Of a stretch of DNA of 52,562 nucleotides, positions 8,959 to 18,138 are shown piece after piece. The stretch's first letter is position 1. Each line of letters opens with the position of its first letter. The notes under the pieces were generated by a model. The model was given only the letters and a program-made list of their open reading frames with translations. It was not told where the DNA came from and did no database searches. Source of the DNA: Acidobacteriaceae bacterium. Lineage in GTDB: Bacteria; Acidobacteriota; Terriglobia; Terriglobales; Acidobacteriaceae. The stretch covers positions 14,389 through 66,950 of the forward strand of contig PLSB01000112.1 in assembly GCA_003165005.1 (NCBI GenBank). Reading direction: 5' to 3'. The translations under genes and the position numbers were made by a program.

Positions 8959-10758
8959 CTATCGCTGAAACAGGTCGATGGGCTGGGTGAAGTCCGTCAC
9001 TCTGATGTGCTTTGCCAGCGACGGGTGTTGGCGCTGGAGGGCCAAAAACATCTCCCAGGCGACGCGGCGGTAGCTGAAGTGGCCGGCGGGGGCGGAGCGC
9101 AGTTCAGCGATGTACTGGGCCTCGGCGAAATCCATTTTGAAGAGCGCGCGGATGCGCGTGGCGAGCGGCAGCAGATACTCGGCCGACTGCGCGGCCTCGG
9201 GAGCGGGGCCGGCGGCGATCCGGGCGGCGGCGAGGTGCGCGGATTCGATGGCGGAGCGGTAGTCGTCGAGGACGCCGGCCTCTGCCAGAATGTCGAAATC
9301 GTTTTGCGGTCCGGCGGGCAGGTCGGCAGCGCCGGGAGTTTCGTAGCCGTGCTGAGCGGTGAATCCCTGGATGATCTGCGTGCAGCGGCGATGGCGGTGC
9401 ATGTCGCGAAAGCCGCCGATGTCCATGAAGATGTCGAAGCGCAGGGCTGCGCCGGCGTGGAAGGCGCGGAGCGCTTCGTCGTGGCGGCCGCGATGGCGCA
9501 GGCCTGACTCGATGATTTCGGCGATGTAGGATTCAGGGAGCGCGGCGACGAGGTCGCGGATCTGGCGGTAGGGGTGGTGGCTGGCGGAGTAGAGGAGGGT
9601 GGCGGCGAGTTCGACTTCGAGGGATTCGGTGCGCTCGACGAGGTCCACCAGAGGAGCGGCGGCGATGGGATGGTTTCTTAGAATTGCGGTTGCGGCTTGG
9701 GCCAGCTCGGCCTGAGTTTCGATGAGGTAAGGGTTGGGTTGCGCGTATTTGACGAGGGTAGGCGCGGTGCGGACTTCGCGGGTGAAGAGCGCGGCGGCTT
9801 CGGCGGCTAAAGAAGAAAAACTTCCCTCAGGGGCTAAAGCCCCATCATTTTTCTCTGCGTTTACGGCACGACTGAAGTCGTGCCCTTTCGCGATTTCTCC
9901 TGCACTATCTTCGGCAGGATTGAAGTCGTGCCCTTTCAAAGCATCGCCTTCTGACCACTGACCACTGACCACTGACCACTGCTTTTCCGCGGCGGCGAGT
10001 TTGTCGATGAAGGCCTGTGCGGCTTTGGCGTTGAGGTTCCAGGCGGGGCCGGTGGCGGCTTCGCGGAGCTTTTCGCCGAGCAGGCGGACCTCGGCGGCGG
10101 GGTGGGAGAGCAGGCGCGAGACCTGGGTTTCGAGGGTGCGGGCGCTGACAATTTGCCCAAGAGATGTATTGGTGGCCAGCGGAAGCAGGTAGCGGGCCAC
10201 GTCGAAGGCGCGAGCGCGGAGGGTGCGCTCGTAGGCCTCGGGCTTGAGGGTTTCAGGACGGGCGACGCGCGAGTGAAGGAGATCGAAAACGGCGGCGGAG
10301 ACGCGCTGGTAAGTCGCGAACAGGTTTTCGATGGTTTGGGAATAAAGCTGGGCCGAGGCAGAATCTTCTCCAAATCCAGGGAAAAACCAGCCGGATTCGA
10401 GGAAATTTTGATAACGGGTCGACCGTTCCTGGCCATCCCAGCGGGACTCGTCGAGGAGAACCATGGCGGCGAGAAGGCTGAGGCGCTCGACGGCGAAGGC
10501 CATGTGGGCCAGGTCGGCGATGGAGCGATGGCCGTACTGGAAATAGAAGGTGTTCAGGAACTGCCCGGCGCGCTGGGCGTTGATTTCGGCCAGAGATTCG
10601 CGCATGGAGAGCGAGGAGCGGGAGTACTTGGCCATGGCGAAGGCGAGGATTTCGGGATCGGCGCCGTGGACGGCAAAAACCTCGGATTGGGTGCGGGCGC
10701 CGGGAGGCAGAAAAGATTCACTGGACATAAGCATCGTCTCGCGGACAGAATACGGCAT
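8959..10758 (-). CDS. thyX: FAD-dependent thymidylate synthase, tandem two-domain form, with repeat-derived insertion
   Basis: YGHRSIAD, QERSTRY, FDVARYLLPLAT in domain 1; FRDMHRHR, YLLPLAT, YIAELRS in domain 2; start may be a few codons later. Confidence 0.88.
   Translation of the reverse strand: MPYSVRETMLMSSESFLPPGARTQSEVFAVHGADPEILAFAMAKYSRSSLSMRESLAEINAQRAGQFLNTFYFQYGHRSIADLAHMAFAVERLSLLAAMVLLDESRWDGQERSTRYQNFLESGWFFPGFGEDSASAQLYSQTIENLFATYQRVSAAVFDLLHSRVARPETLKPEAYERTLRARAFDVARYLLPLATNTSLGQIVSARTLETQVSRLLSHPAAEVRLLGEKLREAATGPAWNLNAKAAQAFIDKLAAAEKQWSVVSGQWSEGDALKGHDFNPAEDSAGEIAKGHDFSRAVNAEKNDGALAPEGSFSSLAAEAAALFTREVRTAPTLVKYAQPNPYLIETQAELAQAATAILRNHPIAAAPLVDLVERTESLEVELAATLLYSASHHPYRQIRDLVAALPESYIAEIIESGLRHRGRHDEALRAFHAGAALRFDIFMDIGGFRDMHRHRRCTQIIQGFTAQHGYETPGAADLPAGPQNDFDILAEAGVLDDYRSAIESAHLAAARIAAGPAPEAAQSAEYLLPLATRIRALFKMDFAEAQYIAELRSAPAGHFSYRRVAWEMFLALQRQHPSLAKHIRVTDFTQPIDLFQR
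9823..9940. repeat. Palindromic REP-like element (one full + one partial copy) inside thyX
   Basis: GGGGCT-AA-AGCCCC and GGCACGACT-GA-AGTCGTGCC hairpins; gap-free match to intergenic copy at 21143-21213. Confidence 0.9.
9951..9981. repeat. Heptamer array CTGACCA x4 + CTG inside thyX
   Basis: Perfect (ctgacca)4 ctg; encodes QWSVVSGQWS. Confidence 0.9.
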
Positions 10759-10891
10759 GAGGGAGTGTCCGCGCGCGGCGGGTTTTGCACCCCTGGCCGG
10801 AGGTGGACCGGAAGTAGACTGGAAGTGGGCAGGAAGGCGAGGCGCCCGAGAGAGCGCGATCCCCCAGCGAAGCGCGTAAGCGCCGGGCGAG

Positions 10892-11719
10892 TTGTCGGCG
10901 CGGGAGTTTCAATTGCGGGAGTTTTTGGTGCGCACGTCGCACAAGCCGCGGCCTTTGCCGGCTGGGCGCTGGGCCATGACCCAGCGCTGGAACGATCTGC
11001 TGTTTGCCCACTGGCCGATTCCCGTCCCGCTGATGGAGGCGTTGCTGCCGGAGTGGCTTGAGGTGGATTCGTTTGAGGGATCGGCGTGGATGGGAGTGGT
11101 GCCTTTCTGGCTGGATCGCATCAAGATCCGCGGCGTGCCGGCGATTCCGGGGCTGCGCAGCTTTCCCGACCTGAATTTGCGGACCTACGTGCGCGACCGG
11201 TTTACGCGCACGCCGGGAATCTACTTTTTTTCGGTCGATTCCAGCAACCTGCTTGCGGTGACGGTGGCTCATGCGATTTATCACCTGCCTTACCGGCTGG
11301 CGGAGATGCACATGGAGCCGCGCGCGGAGCGGGAGTTCGCGTTTTACAGCCGGCGGCGGTTCGCGCGGCCCGAGGTGATCTTCAAGGCGCGGTACCGGGG
11401 GCTGGGACCGACCTACAAGACGGCGGAGATCCGGCCGGGATCGCTTGAATTCTTCTTTTCCGAACGCAATTGCGTGTTCAGCACCAACCGTGCGGGGCAG
11501 CCGATCCGCGCCAACCTGCACCATGTGCCCTGGCCGCTCGAGGAAGCCGAAGCGGAGATCGAGCGCAACGATCTGGCGGCGGCGGTGGGCATCGAATTGC
11601 CGAAGCTCGAGCCGGTGCTGCACTACTCGCGGCGGCTGGCGGTGTACGTGTGGCCGGCGGAGCTGCTAAGGCCCGCGCTGGCGACGCGGCCGGTGACGGT
11701 GGCGGCGACGCCCACTTAA
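10892..11719 (+). CDS. DUF2071/YqjF family protein
   Basis: MTQRWNDLLFAHW, FPDLNLRTYV, PGIYFFSVD, HHVPWPL. Confidence 0.85.
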   Translation: MSAREFQLREFLVRTSHKPRPLPAGRWAMTQRWNDLLFAHWPIPVPLMEALLPEWLEVDSFEGSAWMGVVPFWLDRIKIRGVPAIPGLRSFPDLNLRTYVRDRFTRTPGIYFFSVDSSNLLAVTVAHAIYHLPYRLAEMHMEPRAEREFAFYSRRRFARPEVIFKARYRGLGPTYKTAEIRPGSLEFFFSERNCVFSTNRAGQPIRANLHHVPWPLEEAEAEIERNDLAAAVGIELPKLEPVLHYSRRLAVYVWPAELLRPALATRPVTVAATPT

Positions 11720-11723
11720 AAAG

Positions 11724-11754
11724 CAGGTTTCAGGGGTCAGGTTTCAGGGGTCAG
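11724..11754. repeat. Heptamer array CAGGTTT/CAGGGGT x4 + CAG
   Basis: caggttt caggggt caggttt caggggt cag, right after the DUF2071 stop. Confidence 0.85.
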
Positions 11755-11867
11755 AAAGACTGTGCCTGCGGGACCGGGAAGACGAGGATCGGGGAAAAAG
11801 TGAGGAGCCGAAGGCTGCAAGCATGAAGCTCGCAGCCTTCGGCCGTTCTGTTGTGGGGGCGCGCCCG

Positions 11868-13421
11868 TTACCAGGTGTAATGCACCGAGTAGGTGACGGT
11901 GGCCTCGCCCTTGGCGGGAACATGCACGGGAAACAGGATGGTGTGGCTGTCGAGCTTGGTGTAGCCGGTAGACTTCTGAACGATGTCCCAGTTGTCGCCG
12001 CGGTAAAGATGCTCCAGCACACTCACGGTGACCGGAACATCCTTCTGGTTCGTCAGCTTGATTTCGAAGTACTCATCGAGAGTGCGCCGGCCGTTATCGA
12101 CGTAGAAGTTGGTCTGGCGGCGTGAACCTTTCACGTCGAAGGCGCTGCCGCTGATGATCTTGACGGTATCTTCAGTGGGCGTGTGATTGATGGCGCTCTC
12201 ACCGACGAATTCGATCTGGCCGTCAGCGTCGCGGCGATAGAGGCGAATGCGGCCGGCCGGCAGCGGGATGCCCAGGTGATTGGCTTCGCTGTTTTTGAAC
12301 TCCTGCTGGATTTGGACCTTGGTGTTTCCGGAGCCGAGGCCGTAGTTCTGCTGCTCGACGAAGTTGCCGCCGTAGTTCGCGATGGGTTGTCGGTTCTGGT
12401 CGCAGCCGTCGTAGATGTAGCTGCGAGTGACCGTGACGCCGGAGGCCTCAAGAAACTGCACCTGCTTGGTCTCGCCGTCGTTGAGAGAGACGGTGCGGTT
12501 GAGATCGTAGAGGTGGTAATCGTCGAAGGGTTTTTGCGTGACTTGGCCGTTGACCGCGACACTTTCGGGCGAATACGCCTTTGCTGCTAATTCGATTCTG
12601 TCGAATTCACGCGACTGAATCTTCGCCACGTCTCCGGCCATGAGCTTGATGCGCGCCTGGGGAAAATCGGCGCCAGTGCGGTTGGTGATGGTGACCCAGC
12701 CAACGACATCCGCCTTTTCGTCCGGCGCGGACGCTGCGCCGGCGCCGTTCGAGCCGCCGGTGACCACGTTATACGTCGCCTCCCAGTTCATTCCGCCCGT
12801 GATATAGGCGAGCTCGGCGGTGAGCTTTTGCGCCTTGGCCGAGTCGATTTGCCAGCGTAGCGTGGGCTTCAGCAGCAGGCCGTCCGTGGTTGCGGGGAAG
12901 AGCGGCGTGCCCGGCAACTGGAACTGCATCTCGCCGTTGACCTCGATGAGTGGCTGATTCTGCTGGTAAACCCCGTACTGATTGCCGTAAGGAGAAGGCG
13001 GCTGCGGCGCGCGAATGATTTTGCCTGCGATCGTGTTGCCCGAGACGACACGGCCATCGGGTCCTACCGTGTTCCCGAGCGCGAATTGGATGATCTTGCC
13101 CTCGTACTTCTTCAGCAGCCAGTCCTGCGTGACGACCGCGGCATCGTAGTTCTGCTCGACGATGCGAAAGGACGGCTTGGCTTGCGCAGCGGCGGATGGA
13201 TCGCGAAGGACGACCGAGTCGGGCTCCAGCTGGGTGGTGACTTGATTTGTGGAGACTTCGTTGATTCCAGGATGAAGATCGAGATCGATGGTGGTGCGCG
13301 CGACGGCGAAGTTCTCGTTGTAGATGGTGAGGGCGGACGCGGGCGCGGAGGGCTGGGAGGGCTGCTGCGCGGCGAGAGACGCAGAAAAGACCACGGCGAC
13401 GAGAAGTCTCGAGGTATACAT
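11868..13421 (-). CDS. DUF4139 domain secreted protein
   Basis: Signal peptide, LTIYNENFAVAR, EQNYD, YITGGMNWEATY, LGIPLPAGRIRLY, C-terminal VTYSVHYTW. Confidence 0.8.
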   Translation of the reverse strand: MYTSRLLVAVVFSASLAAQQPSQPSAPASALTIYNENFAVARTTIDLDLHPGINEVSTNQVTTQLEPDSVVLRDPSAAAQAKPSFRIVEQNYDAAVVTQDWLLKKYEGKIIQFALGNTVGPDGRVVSGNTIAGKIIRAPQPPSPYGNQYGVYQQNQPLIEVNGEMQFQLPGTPLFPATTDGLLLKPTLRWQIDSAKAQKLTAELAYITGGMNWEATYNVVTGGSNGAGAASAPDEKADVVGWVTITNRTGADFPQARIKLMAGDVAKIQSREFDRIELAAKAYSPESVAVNGQVTQKPFDDYHLYDLNRTVSLNDGETKQVQFLEASGVTVTRSYIYDGCDQNRQPIANYGGNFVEQQNYGLGSGNTKVQIQQEFKNSEANHLGIPLPAGRIRLYRRDADGQIEFVGESAINHTPTEDTVKIISGSAFDVKGSRRQTNFYVDNGRRTLDEYFEIKLTNQKDVPVTVSVLEHLYRGDNWDIVQKSTGYTKLDSHTILFPVHVPAKGEATVTYSVHYTW

Positions 13422-13698
13422 AAAACGCCCCTTTCATGTTGAAGGAAACTGACGGTGTAGACGCGCGAATGGGATGAAAGGTCATCCCCGCCGCACAAAT
13501 CTTCACCTCTTGCTTTGAACGAGCTTTATCCCGCCGCTTGCGCGAATTATTTCATTGACTCGATCGCAGGCAGCAGCAGACGGGACCTGTTGGCTGCTTG
13601 CCGATCGCGGGAACTGGCCCGATCTATAATGGCCGTGGAAAGGCGCGGCTCGCGAGACTGAGCTTCAAGAGCGCGCACTGAGGTCAACAGAAAAAGAC

Positions 13699-14448
13699 AT
13701 GGGTGATTTGCAGGGAAGAATTGCGCTGGTAACCGGCGGGGCGCAGGGGATTGGGCGCGCGATTGCCGAGGAGCTGGCTGCGGCGGGCGCGACGATTTTG
13801 CTGGCCGACGTAAACGAGGCCAAACTGGCCGAGACGGTGGGCGAATTGAAGGCGCAGGGGACGGACGCCTCGGCCTTCACGGTGAATGTGGCCAGCCAGG
13901 AGTCGATCGAGGCCGGGGCCAAGGCGATTCTGGGAAAGTTCGGCAAGGTCGAAATCATCGTCAACAACGCCGGCATTACGCGCGACAACCTGATGCTGCG
14001 CATGAAGCCCGCGGACTGGAATCTGGTGATCGGCATCAACCTGACGGGAGCTTTCCTGCTGACCCAGGCGCTGCTGAGCCCCATGCTCAAGAACCGCTGG
14101 GGACGGATTGTGAACATTGCCAGCGTGGTGGGGCGCACGGGGCAGGCGGGGCAGGTGAACTACGCGGCGTCGAAGGCGGGGCTGATCGGCCTGACGCGGT
14201 CGCTGGCGCGGGAGGTGGCCTCGCGGGGCATTACCGTGAACGCGGTGGCGCCGGGATACATTGAAACCCCCATGACAGCGGTGCTGAGCGAGGAAGTGAG
14301 CAAGGCCATGCTGGCCACGGTCCCGTTGGGACGGCGCGGCACGCCCAAAGACGTGGCCCAGGCGGTGAAGTTCCTGGCCTCGGATGCCGCGTCGTACATT
14401 ACCGGCCACGTGCTGGACGTGAACGGCGGCATGTTCATGGGCGGGTAG
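13699..14448 (+). CDS. fabG: 3-oxoacyl-ACP reductase
   Basis: TGGAQGIG, NNAGITRD, YAASK, VNAVAPG, VNGGM. Confidence 0.92.
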   Translation: MGDLQGRIALVTGGAQGIGRAIAEELAAAGATILLADVNEAKLAETVGELKAQGTDASAFTVNVASQESIEAGAKAILGKFGKVEIIVNNAGITRDNLMLRMKPADWNLVIGINLTGAFLLTQALLSPMLKNRWGRIVNIASVVGRTGQAGQVNYAASKAGLIGLTRSLAREVASRGITVNAVAPGYIETPMTAVLSEEVSKAMLATVPLGRRGTPKDVAQAVKFLASDAASYITGHVLDVNGGMFMGG

Positions 14449-14484
14449 CGGTGCTAGCAGTGTTAGCGGGGTTAGCGGAGTTAG
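14446..14484 (+). repeat. 9-bp array F (4 units + TAG), begins at fabG TAG stop
   Basis: tagcggtgc tagcagtgt tagcggggt tagcggagt tag. Confidence 0.88.
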
Positions 14485-14652
14485 ATCGCAGGCCGCCAAG
14501 CCGTTACGCATCTCCGTGCGGCGTCCAGATTGCCTTGCCCCGGCGACATCGCTGAAGATCTTTTGGGCCCGCTGCACCGGGCAGCGGAGCGTTTCCGGAC
14601 AACCCTTCAAGAGATCTGGCGGATAGCCGATAGACGTTCCGGAGGGGCACGC

Positions 14653-15912
14653 ATGGAGGCGCACTGTGAGAGGCCTGCAGATGCCGCGCCGGAACAGGAA
14701 TTGGCGATGGGGCTGCGCTACCTGGCGCGGCAGCCGATTCTGGACTTGCATGGCAAGGTGCACGGGTACGAACTGCTGTTTCGCAACGGGCCCCAGACGA
14801 TGTTCAGCGGCGACGGCAACCTGGCGACGCGCACCATGATCGACAACACGGTGCTCTTCGGGCTGGGAAGGTTGACCGGCAACCTGCCTGCATTTATCAA
14901 CTGCACGGAAGAGGCGCTGACCGGGCGACTGGTGAGCGCGCTGCCCGCCGGGATGGCGATTCTGGAGATCCTGGAGACGCTCGAGCCCACGCCCGCATTG
15001 GTGAGTGCTTGCCAGCATCTGAAGGCCGCCGGGTTCCGGCTGGCGCTGGACGACTTTACGTGGAAGCCGGGCTTCGAGCCGCTGATCGAGATCGCCGACT
15101 ACATCAAAGTGGATTTTGCAATCTCGGACGAGTGGGAGCGGCGGAAGCTGCTCAAACGGCTGCGGGGCTTCACGGTGGCGCTGATTGCCGAGAAGGTGGA
15201 AACCCAGGAAGAATACCAGCGGGCGCGCGACGAGGGCTTCACGCTCATGCAGGGCTACTTCTTCTGCCGGCCGGTGCTGCTGACGAACCACAAGGTTCCC
15301 TCCAACCGGCTGCTGCACATCGAGATCCTGCGCCTGGTGCAGAACGAATCCATGGACATCAACGAACTGGCAGGGCTGGTGAAGCGCGATCCCTCCCTCA
15401 CCTATCGTTTGCTGCGGCTGATCAACTCGCCGGTTTGCGCCATGCGGCAGGAGGTGCAATCGGTGCATGCGGCGCTGATTGCCGTGGGCGAAGATGCCTT
15501 CCGCCGCATGGCGACTCTTGCGATTACCAGCGAGCTGAACGCGGGCCAAACCATAGAATTGCTGCGCACGGCGTTTGTGCGCGGGCGCTTTTGCGAACTG
15601 GCGGCGGTGTTTTGCGGCCTGAACCACTCCGAGCAGTATCTGCTGGGGCTGCTGAGCCTTCTGCCCGCGATGCTGCGCATTCCCATGAGCGAACTGTCGC
15701 CGATGCTGCCGCTGCGCGACGAGATCCGCCGCGCATTGGAGGGCGAGAATGGGCGGGAGCGCGCCTTGCTCAGCTGGCTGGAGAGCCACGAAAAAGGCGA
15801 CTGGCTTGCCTGCGACGCGATCGTGGAGAGGCATGGGCTGAACACCGGCGATCTGCTGTTGAGCTACGAAGAGGCGCTGCAGTGGGCTGAAGATGCGCTG
15901 CATAGCGCGTAA
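14653..15912 (+). CDS. EAL-HDOD domain protein (YuxH/PdeH-like c-di-GMP phosphodiesterase)
   Basis: ARQPI..GYELLFR, LALDDF, IKVD, AEKVET, QGYFF, then HDOD DPSLTYRLLRLINS; GGAGG RBS at 14641. Confidence 0.88.
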   Translation: MEAHCERPADAAPEQELAMGLRYLARQPILDLHGKVHGYELLFRNGPQTMFSGDGNLATRTMIDNTVLFGLGRLTGNLPAFINCTEEALTGRLVSALPAGMAILEILETLEPTPALVSACQHLKAAGFRLALDDFTWKPGFEPLIEIADYIKVDFAISDEWERRKLLKRLRGFTVALIAEKVETQEEYQRARDEGFTLMQGYFFCRPVLLTNHKVPSNRLLHIEILRLVQNESMDINELAGLVKRDPSLTYRLLRLINSPVCAMRQEVQSVHAALIAVGEDAFRRMATLAITSELNAGQTIELLRTAFVRGRFCELAAVFCGLNHSEQYLLGLLSLLPAMLRIPMSELSPMLPLRDEIRRALEGENGRERALLSWLESHEKGDWLACDAIVERHGLNTGDLLLSYEEALQWAEDALHSA

Positions 15913-15992
15913 GGCCCCGCGCCGATCGGCGGAGCCGGCCCAAATCCTCGGAGTTCTGGCGGTTCGGCCGGCCGGTTGTCTATGCTCTTCTC

Positions 15993-16970
15993 ATGACAAC
16001 TCATCCCTCCGGCACGCTTCGCACCCTCGGCAACTCCGATTTGCAACTGACCGCGATCGGTTTTGGCGCGTGGGCCATCGGCGGGGGCGACTGGCAATTT
16101 GCCTGGGGCCCCCAGGACGATAACGACTCCGTCGCCGCCATCCATCGCGCGCTGGAGCTGGGCGTCAACTGGATCGACACCGCGGCCGTCTACGGGTTGG
16201 GCCACTCGGAAGAGATCGTGGGCCGCGCCGTGAAGTCCTCGCCGCACAAGCCCTACATCTTTACCAAGTGCTCCATGCGCTGGCACGCCGATCGCAGCAT
16301 TTACAACTCGCTCAAGGCCGCATCGCTTGCCGAAGAGGTGGAAGCCTCGCTGCGCCGGTTGCAGGTGGGTACGATCGATCTCTACCAGATTCACTGGCCC
16401 AATCCCGACAGCGAGATCGAAGAGGGCTGGGAGGCACTGGCACGGCTGCGCGAGCAGGGCAAGCTGCGCTGGATCGGGGTTTCGAATTTCAAAGTGGAGC
16501 AGATGCGGCGCGCCGAAAAGATTGCGCCCATCACCAGCCTGCAGCCGCCGTATTCCATCCTGCGCCGCGCGATCGAGACGGAGATTCTGCCCTTCGCGCA
16601 GGCCCACGGCATCGGCGCGATCAACTACTCGCCCATGCTCTCCGGCCTGCTGACGGGCAAGATGACCCGGGAGCGGATTGCCGCCTTTCCGGCCGGCGAC
16701 TGGCGCCGCAAGAATGTGGAGTTCAGCGAGCCGCGCCTGGGCCGCAACCTGCGCCTCGTGGAGCTGCTCGGCGAGATCGGCAGCGCGCACGGCGTGACTG
16801 CCGGCGTGGTGGCCGTGGCGTGGACGCTGCACAATCCCGCCATCACTGCCGCGATTGTGGGCGGGCGCAGCGCCGCGCAAGTTGAGGAGACGGCGGCCGC
16901 GCTCAGCTTCAGGCTCACGGAGGAGGAATACGAAGCGATCAACAGATTCCTGGCAGAGAACCCGGCTTAG
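15993..16970 (+). CDS. Aldo/keto reductase
   Basis: IGFGAWAIGG, WIDTAAVYG, IDLYQIHWP, IGVSNF, YSPM. Confidence 0.93.
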   Translation: MTTHPSGTLRTLGNSDLQLTAIGFGAWAIGGGDWQFAWGPQDDNDSVAAIHRALELGVNWIDTAAVYGLGHSEEIVGRAVKSSPHKPYIFTKCSMRWHADRSIYNSLKAASLAEEVEASLRRLQVGTIDLYQIHWPNPDSEIEEGWEALARLREQGKLRWIGVSNFKVEQMRRAEKIAPITSLQPPYSILRRAIETEILPFAQAHGIGAINYSPMLSGLLTGKMTRERIAAFPAGDWRRKNVEFSEPRLGRNLRLVELLGEIGSAHGVTAGVVAVAWTLHNPAITAAIVGGRSAAQVEETAAALSFRLTEEEYEAINRFLAENPA

Positions 16971-17000
16971 GTCCTATTAGAAGAGCCGGCAGTAAAGGAA

Positions 17001-17024
17001 GAACCCCGGCCGAGGCCGGGGTTC
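17001..17024. terminator. Perfect hairpin between convergent genes, probable terminator
   Basis: GAACCCCGGC-CGAG-GCCGGGGTTC. Confidence 0.6.
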
Positions 17025-17053
17025 GGTATTTGAGGAGCAAGAGGAAGCCGAGG

Positions 17054-17575
17054 TCACATGGCTGCGACGAAATCGGGAACCATGGTGGCTGCGTTATCCT
17101 GCAGCAGTTGCGTCATGCGCGCGGCCATGCCGGTGTACATCGCGGCGGCGCGGTAGGCATTCACGCGCACTCCTTCGCTGGCTTGCGTGAACCCATATTG
17201 CGCCAGAGCCGTCAGCGCGCATACGCGAATCTGCATGGCATCGCTGTGCAGGGTCTCGACGAGCAGCCGATCGACGCCTTCGCAGTTCTTGGCCGCGTAA
17301 TCCGCCATCTCCTGCATCACCCGCGCATTCTGGTACATCACCCACAGGCCGCGGGGACCATTCATGCGCTGCCAGGCGTCTTCAGGCGTGGCGCTCAAAC
17401 CCTCTTTCCATAGGAACTGATCGCTCAACTCGCGCGCGCTCCAATCAGAACGCAGGCGAGCCAGCAATGTTTCCCACGATTGCGCATTGCGGCGCCGCAC
17501 ACCCTTGCGCCAATGGATCAGATACAGCGCGATCGCCACTACGGCTAGAACTTGAAGCTCGGTCAGTATCATCAA
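17054..17575 (-). CDS. Hypothetical protein with N-terminal membrane anchor
   Basis: 173 aa, GGAG RBS, hydrophobic N-terminus followed by basic patch; no family recognised. Confidence 0.7.
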   Translation of the reverse strand: MMILTELQVLAVVAIALYLIHWRKGVRRRNAQSWETLLARLRSDWSARELSDQFLWKEGLSATPEDAWQRMNGPRGLWVMYQNARVMQEMADYAAKNCEGVDRLLVETLHSDAMQIRVCALTALAQYGFTQASEGVRVNAYRAAAMYTGMAARMTQLLQDNAATMVPDFVAAM

Positions 17576-18138
17576 GTGATCTCCAAATCGGGTTTCTGGT
17601 AACCCACCTTCCGGTAACCATCCCGGAGCACTCTTGTGTACATACTACTTGTACCAGAAAACAGGGCATTTGCAAGCGAGAAAACAAGGGGCTAGGTACG
17701 CCCCTTGTCGAGTATTGCCCAAACCTGGAGCTTAACTGTTGACTGGACGGCCCCAGCCACCACAGCATGCGATCCGGCATCAAACCGATATCTATTGTGT
17801 TATGTGCTATATATGTCGAGGCAATTGGTTGTTTTTGGCCCTGCTGCGAGGCAACAAAAGCCACGACGGGGTGGGGTTAGCAAGCAGCTCAAATTTGGGA
17901 AAGCTGCTCACTAAAGTAACTATTTTGAGCGGAAGATGACCCCTTGGGTTCCCCAGAAAACCTGCGCGGCGGGCATGAATTCATCGTCTTGAAGGCCTTT
18001 TCCGTTACTTAAGTACCGCTCGACCGGGTTGTAAAAGGCCGGGCGGACGGCTGAGGTTTGCGGCTCCAGTCGGCCCGCGCCGATGGCCCCTACAATGAAA
18101 AGAGAGAGCAACCATCCCCTCCGAGGAGCAGAGTTCGC

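Noticed and set aside
9810-9985. thyX insertion as an intein or intron
   Set aside because: No C/S...HN splice motifs, too short, and fully explained by DNA repeats found elsewhere in the window
13684-15903. 739-aa minus-strand ORF and other long antisense ORFs (3061-4671, 37863-39239, 26641-27702)
   Set aside because: Shadows of well-supported genes on the opposite strand in GC-rich DNA, with no recognisable motifs
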